NCBI GenBank assembly: GCA_013425425.1
Contig: JACCLJ010000053.1
Coordinates: 1-49,852, forward strand
DNA from: Candidatus Micrarchaeota archaeon
GTDB taxonomy: Archaea; Micrarchaeota; Micrarchaeia; Anstonellales; Bilamarchaeaceae
Direction of reading: 5' to 3'
Length of the DNA stretch: 49,852 nt
This document shows, piece by piece, positions 42,774 through 49,852 of this stretch. The translations under genes were made by a program, and so were the position numbers. Position 1 is the first letter of the stretch; the number at the start of each line of letters is the position of its first letter. The notes under the pieces were generated by a model. It was not told the origin of the DNA. It saw nothing but the letters and a program-made list of their open reading frames with translations, and ran no database searches.

Positions 42774-42796
42774 CATCATCGGAGATAACCCCACCC

Positions 42797-43201
42797 ATGC
42801 ACGAATCAGCCGCCCTCACAAACAGCCTTGCCAACGAAGACTGGCAATCACTGGCGCATCTTCTTATGACGGTAGACACGGGGCTGAACGGGGCGAGGAA
42901 CATAAAACGGCTCAGAAAAAAAGTCGGGCTTGTGAGGCACATCCTGCACGGTTTCATGTCCGGCATGGATGGTTCGGAATATCTCGACCTCTCCTTTCTC
43001 GTGGGAAGCATAAAAACAATCGAGCATCTTGAAAGGGATTTTGATACGCACGGCATAAGGGAAAGGGAGTTCTTGATTTTCCTTAAGCTTCTCCTGTATA
43101 AATTCGAAAGGCAGAAGCTGGTTGCCAAGAAGCCGATGGAAAGGCGGATCGAGCTGATAAAGCTGAAGGGGGCCATTGAACGTGGAAACGATTTACAGTA
43201 A
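42797..43201 (+). CDS. Orphan helical protein (134 aa)
   Basis: ORF with leaderless geometry. Its 3' end overlaps the start of the PGI gene by 26 nt. Confidence 0.55.
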   Translation: MHESAALTNSLANEDWQSLAHLLMTVDTGLNGARNIKRLRKKVGLVRHILHGFMSGMDGSEYLDLSFLVGSIKTIEHLERDFDTHGIREREFLIFLKLLLYKFERQKLVAKKPMERRIELIKLKGAIERGNDLQ

Positions 43202-43895
43202 TCCGCTGCACATAGAGCTTTCCGGCCCGAAACTCTTTGTGGACGGCAGGGACCATGCTCCGTCCGTAAGGAAGCTTTCCGAGCTGGGGGACGTCATGCT
43301 TAATGACATCGAAGTGGAAAAGCACGGCGACATAATAATGTATTACATGTTCAGGAACATCGATGGAAAAAACGGCCTGCGCTACGACATCACTTTAATC
43401 CCGGGCAAAAAAATCATGGGGGAGTGCGCAAAGACCTACGGCCACTGCCATCCGATTGCGGAAGGCAAACTAACCTATCCGGAAATATACCAGGTGCTTG
43501 AAGGAAACGCCGTTTTCATACTGCAGACGGAATCAAGGAGCAAGGGAACGGACGTTTCGGTCATCGATGCGAAGAAGGGAGACATCCTCCTCATCCCGCC
43601 GAACCACTGCCACGTTTCCATAAATCCCGGCAATGAAAAGCTCCTGCTGGGGAATCTCGTCGCTGATGATTTCGAATCCGATTACAGGATTTTCAAAACG
43701 AACCGCGGAGCCGCATACTATTATATGGAAAACGGCGCGCTTGTCCACAACACGAATTATTTCATAGGCAAAATGGAACGGATACGGCCGAAAGAGATGA
43801 ACGGCAGATACGGCTTCAGCTGCACGGATATCCTCCGCGAATTCCACAGCAATCCCGGAAAATTCGAATTCCTGAAAAAACCGTCTCTTCTATAG
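43176..43895 (+). CDS. pgiA: Cupin-type glucose-6-phosphate isomerase
   Basis: TYGHCHP...EIYQVLEGNAVFILQ...GDILLIPPNHCHVSINPG matches the cupin PGI metal-site pattern (TKGHFH...E.Y..L.G...PP.WAHR.VN.G). TTG 43176 or GTG 43182 start. Confidence 0.8.
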   Translation: MNVETIYSNPLHIELSGPKLFVDGRDHAPSVRKLSELGDVMLNDIEVEKHGDIIMYYMFRNIDGKNGLRYDITLIPGKKIMGECAKTYGHCHPIAEGKLTYPEIYQVLEGNAVFILQTESRSKGTDVSVIDAKKGDILLIPPNHCHVSINPGNEKLLLGNLVADDFESDYRIFKTNRGAAYYYMENGALVHNTNYFIGKMERIRPKEMNGRYGFSCTDILREFHSNPGKFEFLKKPSLL

Positions 43896-46613
43896 CCTGA
43901 ACAGCGATGCCTTCTTTACCTTGCCGGACGCGATCCTGTCGCTTCCGCCGCCGTTTCCGCCCAATTCCGCTATCGCCCTGGCCATCATGTCCTTTGCCTT
44001 ATACTGCGATTTGGCGCCGCAGACGCATACCGCGTCGCCCTGCTTGTTGATTATGCATGCTGCGCATTTTTCCTCTTTCCCGAGTTCCTGCGCGAGTTTC
44101 CTCAGAAGCTGGATATCGACGTCCACTATCTTCACGACCGGCTTTCCGGCCATGCATTCCATGGCAATGCTCTTCGCCTCGCTGGACATGACCAATTCGC
44201 CCAGCTCCTCCATCTTCTTTCTCTGCTGCTTCCATTCCGTGAAGAATCTTTCCACGCTCCTGACGAGCTCGGAATCGGAAACGCTCAGGGCGCCTGCAGC
44301 ATCCCGGATCATCCTGTCCCTCTCCTGCATATATTCCATAGCGACGTTGCCCGCCTTAAGCGTCAGCCTCTCAACGCCGTCCTGCACGCTTTCCCTCTTG
44401 ACGATTTTGAATGCGCCGATCTCGCCCGTGCTCCTTATCATGTGGTGCGTTCCGCCGCATGCCTCATGGTCGATGTCCCCCATGCTTACTATGCGGAGTT
44501 CCTTTCCCGGCACGACGCCGCCCTGGTAAAGCCTGAAGCCGTACTTCCCCTCCGCCTTGTTCCTTGGAAGGACTTCTATTTTTATCGGCATGTTCCTCAT
44601 TACGTATTCGTTGACCTTTTTCTCTATCCTTTCTATCTCCTCATTCGTTATTCGCCTGTAATGCGTGACATCCAGCTGGCCCTTGTGCTCGTCCTTGTAT
44701 GCGCCAGCCTGCCAGATGTGCTGCCCGAGGATCTCCCTGCACGCCGCATTGAGAAGATGAACGCATGTGTGGTGCCTCGTTATCGTTTTCCTCCTTTCCA
44801 TGTCCACATCGCATTTCACGTCCGCCCCCTTCCTGAATTTGGATGCATCCTTTACCTCGTGCAGGACGACGCCCGCAGCCTTCGACACATGGACGACCGG
44901 AACGCCGTTTATCGTTCCGCTGTCCGCAACCTGGCCTCCGCCTTCCGGATAGAACGCGCTGCTGTCGAGAACCACGTACCTGTCCTTTACGACCCCCAGA
45001 ACCTTCGCACCAAATTTTCCTGTTTCCTCATAATAAAGGAGCTTTGTCTTCGGGAATTCCGGAAGCTCTGAAACCAGCACTTTTTTCTTTTCCTCCTCCT
45101 TCCTGGTTTCTCCCTCCCCTGCCCTAACGAGCTCGTAGAAATTGCCCGGCATCTTCACCGAAACGCCGTTTTCCCTTGCAACCTCTATTATATATTCCGG
45201 GGGAATGCCATTGCTTTTATACATGACTATGAGTTCATCGCTGCCCACCGCACCTGCCGATTCCCTCTCCTTTTTGCTGACGGCGCCCATGTCCTTCTTG
45301 GCCCTGCTCACGAGGCCGGCGACTATGGTCCGCGCCTTTTCCTTTGTCGCGGCATATTTTTTCTTCTCCTCTTCCACGATGTCAATGGTGGTTCCGACAC
45401 CCTCCTTCAGATGCGGGAATATATAGTTCAGGTGCTCCGCATGGCCGTTTATTATTTCAGCATAATCCATTTCCAGCCCGTGCCTTTCTGAGAATCCGAA
45501 AACCCTCCTGAGAATCATCCTGAGATTATATCCGCCGCCTGAATTGCTCGGAAGCATGCCGTCCGTGACGGTGAAAAGCAGGGTGCAAAGATGGTCGGCG
45601 CTCGCATAAAGGGCCTGCAGCGGCTCCAGCGTTCCGAACAGCTCCTCCTTCGCCATGCCCAGCGATTTGGCAACGCGCTCCTTCTCGATCTCTATATCCT
45701 CCACCTCGTCTATATTCAGGCTCCCCGCTATCTTCGAGAATTTAAGCATGAGTTTCGGGTCGATTTCGATGCCGGCCTTTTTCTTCATCCTCTTTATGAC
45801 GTCGCCGAATACCGCATCATAGCTCATGAGGTCGCCGGACGTTATCCACGACAGCCTGCTCAGGCCGGCGCCCATGTCTATGACCTTGGTTTTGAGTTCC
45901 CTGTTTCCCGAAGGCGTGACTTCGTATTGCATGAAAACGCAGTTGCCAAGCTCAAGCCCGCGGACGAAATATTCCATCGAGGGGCCGAAATTCCCCCCGC
46001 CTGCCCAGACGTCCTCCTGGAAGACTATCTCCTTTTCAGGGATGCCCAGGGCCTTCAGGTAGCTCAGGTCGTGCTCTATCGCCTCGTTTTTCCAGTAGAA
46101 TAATCCGGTCTTTTTAGTGTTGAAGGAATGCTGCCCTATCATGACGAAATTCGTATAATGCGAACCGGTCACGCCGACATTGGCAAGGTCGGGAAAGCGT
46201 ATGCACGGCTGGGGGACTATCAGCGGGTTATGGGGCGGCTCGAGCTCGCCGTTGACGACATACGGCTGGAAATCGTTTATGCTCGCTATCGTGAAATACA
46301 AATCGTCCCTCCATCTCGCAACCGTCGGATACGGCTTAACGTATCCATGGCCGTTGGAGGTGAAATACTTCTCTATGAGCTTCCACGTGTCTATATAGCC
46401 GAGCTTTTTCTTTACGGGAGTATCCCCTATGAACTGGAAGCCTATGCATCCGGCATCCGCGCAGAGTTGCCGCGGTTCGATACTCCAGAACATCCTCCCG
46501 CATTTGCCGCACTTCTGCCTTTTGTAGCCCCTGCTGACAAGCGCTTCGAGCAGGTAGTGCTTTTTCCAGTCTTCGGAGAATTTCTTCCTGAGCTCTTTCT
46601 TATCGACATCCAT
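43890..46613 (-). CDS. alaS: Alanyl-tRNA synthetase (archaeal type)
   Basis: 907 aa, with catalytic core, editing domain HxxxH/CxxxH (TRHHTCVHLL...HEACGGTH) and a C-terminal DHHA1-like domain. Confidence 0.93.
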   Translation of the reverse strand: MDVDKKELRKKFSEDWKKHYLLEALVSRGYKRQKCGKCGRMFWSIEPRQLCADAGCIGFQFIGDTPVKKKLGYIDTWKLIEKYFTSNGHGYVKPYPTVARWRDDLYFTIASINDFQPYVVNGELEPPHNPLIVPQPCIRFPDLANVGVTGSHYTNFVMIGQHSFNTKKTGLFYWKNEAIEHDLSYLKALGIPEKEIVFQEDVWAGGGNFGPSMEYFVRGLELGNCVFMQYEVTPSGNRELKTKVIDMGAGLSRLSWITSGDLMSYDAVFGDVIKRMKKKAGIEIDPKLMLKFSKIAGSLNIDEVEDIEIEKERVAKSLGMAKEELFGTLEPLQALYASADHLCTLLFTVTDGMLPSNSGGGYNLRMILRRVFGFSERHGLEMDYAEIINGHAEHLNYIFPHLKEGVGTTIDIVEEEKKKYAATKEKARTIVAGLVSRAKKDMGAVSKKERESAGAVGSDELIVMYKSNGIPPEYIIEVARENGVSVKMPGNFYELVRAGEGETRKEEEKKKVLVSELPEFPKTKLLYYEETGKFGAKVLGVVKDRYVVLDSSAFYPEGGGQVADSGTINGVPVVHVSKAAGVVLHEVKDASKFRKGADVKCDVDMERRKTITRHHTCVHLLNAACREILGQHIWQAGAYKDEHKGQLDVTHYRRITNEEIERIEKKVNEYVMRNMPIKIEVLPRNKAEGKYGFRLYQGGVVPGKELRIVSMGDIDHEACGGTHHMIRSTGEIGAFKIVKRESVQDGVERLTLKAGNVAMEYMQERDRMIRDAAGALSVSDSELVRSVERFFTEWKQQRKKMEELGELVMSSEAKSIAMECMAGKPVVKIVDVDIQLLRKLAQELGKEEKCAACIINKQGDAVCVCGAKSQYKAKDMMARAIAELGGNGGGSDRIASGKVKKASLFRL

Positions 46614-46622
46614 TGTGATTCC

Positions 46623-47111
46623 TCATCCCTTTCGTGCACTCGCCCATGCAGGCACCATGCCCGACATCACTATCGTTCTTGCCGATTCTATGAAAACCTC
46701 TGCGAGCGACAGGGCCTTCCTTGCCCCCAGTTCGGCCTCCATCTCTTTTTTCCTGCCAAGCCCGAGTGCCTCCGCAATGCGCGCTATCGCCCCCCTGTTT
46801 TCCGGAGAGTCCATATCCACGCTCTTCCATTCCCTGACGAGCTGGGCCCTTCCGTACTTCTTTTCCATGAACCCGTAGGCGCCTTCCGGGGTATTCGCAA
46901 CATATCCGTCATTGTACATTATGGCCGCGGCGGCCATCATTATGGCGTTTTTAGAATCGCCATAGGCGTCTTCATATCTTTTTTCGCCTATCTCGCTTTT
47001 TGCCGCCTCCAGCAGGTTAAGCGCGGCTTCCAGTGCGAAAACGGCCTGCGACGGTTCAGGGGTTATCCTGATGGTGCCGATTATTGTTTGTTCCGTGCTC
47101 TCAGCAGGCAT
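46623..47111 (-). CDS. Orphan all-helical protein (possibly HEPN-like fold, unconfirmed)
   Basis: Immediately upstream of alaS with a 9-nt gap. Ala-rich helices. No Rx4-6H motif seen. Confidence 0.5.
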   Translation of the reverse strand: MPAESTEQTIIGTIRITPEPSQAVFALEAALNLLEAAKSEIGEKRYEDAYGDSKNAIMMAAAAIMYNDGYVANTPEGAYGFMEKKYGRAQLVREWKSVDMDSPENRGAIARIAEALGLGRKKEMEAELGARKALSLAEVFIESARTIVMSGMVPAWASARKG

Positions 47112-47172
47112 GAAGAGCTTTTCAACGATAACGCTTTTAACTGCTTTTATGCTTTTTCGGCCCTGTCTTTTC

Positions 47173-47460
47173 CTACTCGCGTATCGCTTTGAGAATCTGA
47201 TAAAACCTGCTTCCTATGGGCGTCTGGCATTCTGCGAGCTTGTCCGCATTCGCAGCGATTTTGAGGTGCATGTCCGCGTCGCCTGGCTTGAAATACGCCG
47301 ATTCGGATTTCCTTGCCGCGTTCTCGGCCATTCTTGACAGCGTTTCAACAGGGTGGTAAGCCGGTTTTTCAATCCTTTCCGGAAGCTCCACTTCCTTCGC
47401 CGGTTTTTCGTATTTTTTCTCCGCGATTAAGCCCTCTTTCATACTACCACATCTTTCCAC
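47173..47460 (-). CDS. Orphan small protein
   Basis: ORF only. ATG 47442 is more likely than the track's GTG 47460. Confidence 0.4.
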   Translation of the reverse strand: MERCGSMKEGLIAEKKYEKPAKEVELPERIEKPAYHPVETLSRMAENAARKSESAYFKPGDADMHLKIAANADKLAECQTPIGSRFYQILKAIRE

Positions 47461-47519
47461 TTACGATAATATAATATGGAGAGAACTCTTTATAAACCTA
47501 CCTACGGCTATTTATCGTC

Positions 47520-48023
47520 ATGGGGGAGTTCGAGAGGGCCAGAAATCTCATATCCGCCGGGAAATACGACGAAGCCGGCAGGCTGCTTAACCGCCTTATA
47601 AGCGAGGACAGGGAAAACGACCGGCTGTGGTACCTCCTGGCAATCCTCGCCGTCAAGCTCAAAAACCACGAAACCGCGCAGGAATATCTTGAACGGGCGG
47701 TTTCTCTAAGCAAAAAGCCCGAATACCTCTGGCTGCGCGGCATGGCCTACATGGAGCTTCTCGAAATAGACGAGGCAATACGGGCGTTCAGGGAGCTTCT
47801 GGAAGTCAATCCAAGCAGCGTGGAAGGGAATTTTTTCCTTGCGGTGTGCTACCTCCTTGTAGACGACCCCCAGAGCGAGCGTTTCATGAAAAAAGCGTAT
47901 TCGCTGGACAAAAAGAAGACAAGGCAGCTTCTGGGCAATTTTTTCGAGGCTTTCGTCAGCAAATCCCCGGAAACGAGGCGCACCCTGAAGGCGAAGATAG
48001 AAAAAGAACTCGCTTCCCTCTGA
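47520..48023 (+). CDS. TPR-repeat protein
   Basis: Several 34-aa repeats with the W/L-G-Y-A-F-P pattern (ARNLISAGKYDEAGRLLNRLI, WYLLAILAVKLKNHETAQEYLERAV, and others). Confidence 0.8.
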   Translation: MGEFERARNLISAGKYDEAGRLLNRLISEDRENDRLWYLLAILAVKLKNHETAQEYLERAVSLSKKPEYLWLRGMAYMELLEIDEAIRAFRELLEVNPSSVEGNFFLAVCYLLVDDPQSERFMKKAYSLDKKKTRQLLGNFFEAFVSKSPETRRTLKAKIEKELASL

Positions 48024-48926
48024 TCAGGAAATCCGTTTCCTCATCCTCTCAAGCCACACCTTCTCGCGTATCCTTCTTATCGGTATACCCTCGGCAATCT
48101 CCTTCATCGGGTCCTTTTTTCCCAGGGACCATCCCTTGCTCTTTTTCAATGCGGAAACGAAATCCGGGTTCGTAAGAAGGATGTGCTTTATCATCTTTTC
48201 GGCATGGCTCTTCTCGCTCCCGAGCGCCTCAAGATTCTTCTTCGCGGAATATTCCGCGGAAGTCCCGCGCCCCTTCGCCGCTTCGTATGCCTTCGTCTTT
48301 TCAACCACCGCAAGCTCGAGCATCCTCTTTTTTCCGAGAAGCGCGTTCAGCGGCCCTGCGGCAAGCTGGCTGTTTATCAGCACCATCCATCCCTTTTTCC
48401 TCTTCTCCGCATCCGCGCGCCCGACTATCTCCTCCGCCTCTTCCTTGTCGACCGTGCCCTTTACCGCATCCTTCAATATCGTGTAGGTGGCGCCGAGCTG
48501 TTTCCCGCTTATCGTTCCCGTCCACCTGTGCAGGAATTTTTTTGCATCCCTGAGCTGCCTCCTCTCCATGCGTATGATGTTCAGTTTTTCCCGGGCTTCC
48601 TTGTCGCCCAGCTGCTTCAGATTCTCGAAAAGAAATGATTTTTTCCTCATTATCGCGCCTATGCTTTCGTCCTCCATGAAAATTTCCAGAAGCTCGGGAA
48701 AATATTTCTTCAGGTGCCTCAGCTCATCCACATTTTCGTAAAGCGTCTCGACGATTTCCGTTTTTTTCCTGCGTATCCCGCTCCTGACCTGCTCCATTTC
48801 CTCCCTTATCTGCTTGTCGTACACCTCGCGGTATTCCCTGCTCAGCTCCCGCAGCCTCTTTTTTTTCTGCGAGAGGAACGCGGCGGATTCCTCAAGATAC
48901 TCGACGAGCAGTGGGTCTTCCGGCAT
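48024..48926 (-). CDS. Orphan helical, Lys/Glu/Arg-rich protein (300 aa)
   Basis: ORF starts 1 nt after the stop of the upstream endonuclease IV-like gene, so it is probably co-transcribed. No family recognised. Confidence 0.55.
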   Translation of the reverse strand: MPEDPLLVEYLEESAAFLSQKKKRLRELSREYREVYDKQIREEMEQVRSGIRRKKTEIVETLYENVDELRHLKKYFPELLEIFMEDESIGAIMRKKSFLFENLKQLGDKEAREKLNIIRMERRQLRDAKKFLHRWTGTISGKQLGATYTILKDAVKGTVDKEEAEEIVGRADAEKRKKGWMVLINSQLAAGPLNALLGKKRMLELAVVEKTKAYEAAKGRGTSAEYSAKKNLEALGSEKSHAEKMIKHILLTNPDFVSALKKSKGWSLGKKDPMKEIAEGIPIRRIREKVWLERMRKRIS

Positions 48927-48927
48927 C

Positions 48928-49770
48928 TCAAGGCCTCTTTTTCAGCAATGCGCGGTACTCCGCCTGCATCTTCAATGCGTCCAGGTCAAGCTTCGGGCTC
49001 TCGCATATTATCACGCCGGAATAGCCGTTTTCCGCAAGCACTTTCATCAGCGGCTTGAACGGCGGGACGTTTTTCGTTCCGAGCGGGATGTGGTTCCTCT
49101 CCCCCTTCCCGGTGTATTCTATCTCCGAAAAATGCGAATGGAAATGCTTCACATAATCGCCAAGCTGCTTCTCAAGCTTCGTAAAAATCACGCGATAATC
49201 GTTCTCACCCTTCAGCACGGCGTCCCCCCGCGCGTGCATGTGCGCGAAATCTATCACCGGCTCGACGAAATCCAGCTCCTGCGAAAGGCGTATCACTTCG
49301 TCGAATCCACCGAACTGGGAGCGCTTCCCGACGGTTTCCGCGCCGAGCGCGATTTTTATCCCCTCGCCGTGTATCTTCTCCCACGCACCCCGCAGGCTTC
49401 TCTTCGCAATCTCGTACGCCTCCTCTTTCGTCAGCTTCTGGTAATATCCCGGATGGAAAACCGTTATGCGCCCGCCTGCGGCATGGGTTATCTTCGCCGC
49501 TTCATAAATATTCCTCAGGGTGGTATCCTGCTTCTCCTTTATGACCGAGCAGAAATTCACAAAATATGGTGCGTGCGACGAGAGCGAGATGTCAAGCTTT
49601 TCGGCAACCTTGCCTATCTCAACGGCGTTCTTTGCCTTTAGCTTTACCCCCTGCACGAATTCCATTTCCATCGCTTCAAGGCCGAGCTCCCTGCAGCATT
49701 GCACGCCCTCAAGCGTGCTGTTTCCCTTGCATTGTATCGGTATTCCGGCAGGCCCGAATCTAATATTCAT
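48928..49770 (-). CDS. nfo: Endonuclease IV-family / xylose-isomerase-like TIM-barrel protein
   Basis: HAPYFVNFCS, VFHPGYY, LGAETVGK, DFAHMHARG, HFHSHFSEIEYT..GERNHIPLG follow the Nfo metal-ligand pattern. Confidence 0.8.
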   Translation of the reverse strand: MNIRFGPAGIPIQCKGNSTLEGVQCCRELGLEAMEMEFVQGVKLKAKNAVEIGKVAEKLDISLSSHAPYFVNFCSVIKEKQDTTLRNIYEAAKITHAAGGRITVFHPGYYQKLTKEEAYEIAKRSLRGAWEKIHGEGIKIALGAETVGKRSQFGGFDEVIRLSQELDFVEPVIDFAHMHARGDAVLKGENDYRVIFTKLEKQLGDYVKHFHSHFSEIEYTGKGERNHIPLGTKNVPPFKPLMKVLAENGYSGVIICESPKLDLDALKMQAEYRALLKKRP

Positions 49771-49852
49771 GATAAGAAAAGGAAAACAAAAGATAAAAGA
49801 ATATTGTTTTGCAGTCCTGCGAGCATATCTGCTTAGTTCACACGTAGGTCGG

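Noticed and set aside
42404-42790. Searched this non-coding stretch for RNase P RNA (GAGGAAAGUCC, ACAGAA) and SRP RNA (UGUAAC, GGAA/AGCA helix-8) signatures.
   Set aside because: None of the conserved motifs I can recall is present on either strand. A covariance-model search is needed before naming anything.
1-49852. Looked for mobile-element hallmarks (integrase, transposase, terminal inverted repeats, tRNA-flanked direct repeats) around the AT-rich block and the orphan loci.
   Set aside because: None found by eye. The compositional island therefore remains an observation without a demonstrated mobility mechanism.

Overview
Compact archaeal chromosomal segment. The archaeal origin is clear from the thermosome, 20S proteasome beta subunit, aCPSF1/FttA, class I LysRS, archaeal AlaRS, DtdA, Taw1, PurP, DUF359 GTP-dependent dephospho-CoA kinase, cupin-type PGI and an intron-containing tRNA. 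I call about 55 protein genes on both strands. Several adjacent genes share 4-nt ATGA stop/start overlaps, and several convergent pairs overlap at their 3' ends. AT-rich TATA boxes sit roughly 24-30 nt upstream of many start codons, so many mRNAs look leaderless or short-leadered. Oligo-T tracts lie behind several genes. I saw no rRNA, CRISPR array, transposase or integrase.

The lineage looks like a small-genome uncultivated archaeon, possibly DPANN-like, but that is inference only. About two thirds of the window is housekeeping: translation, purine salvage, glycolysis, dolichol and sugar-nucleotide metabolism, topoisomerase and chaperonin.

The parts that deserve a second look are:
- 14.4-19.5 kb: an orphan locus where a membrane-anchored CHAT/caspase-like protein and a PP2C phosphatase each sit behind the same 20-nt promoter box.
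- 19.5-21.1 kb and 24.7-26.1 kb: secreted cysteine-rich proteins.
- About 26.1-30.5 kb: an AT-richer block with an S8 protease, a free-standing membrane-bound copy of its propeptide, and orphan genes.
- 24047-24149: three tetraloop-capped hairpins.
- 36317-37690: a glutamine-synthetase homologue with its catalytic motifs replaced.
- 3297-3542: a cupredoxin domain lacking two copper ligands.
- 11970-12047: a 25-codon polybasic micro-ORF ending in CCCCR.
- 42.2-42.8 kb: a tRNA-Leu with a 76-nt intron, next to a roughly 200-nt element that is either a leaderless 68-codon basic ORF or a structured RNA.

CDS coordinates follow the ORF track. Start codons were refined by hand where noted. Small features located by hand may be off by 1-2 nt.
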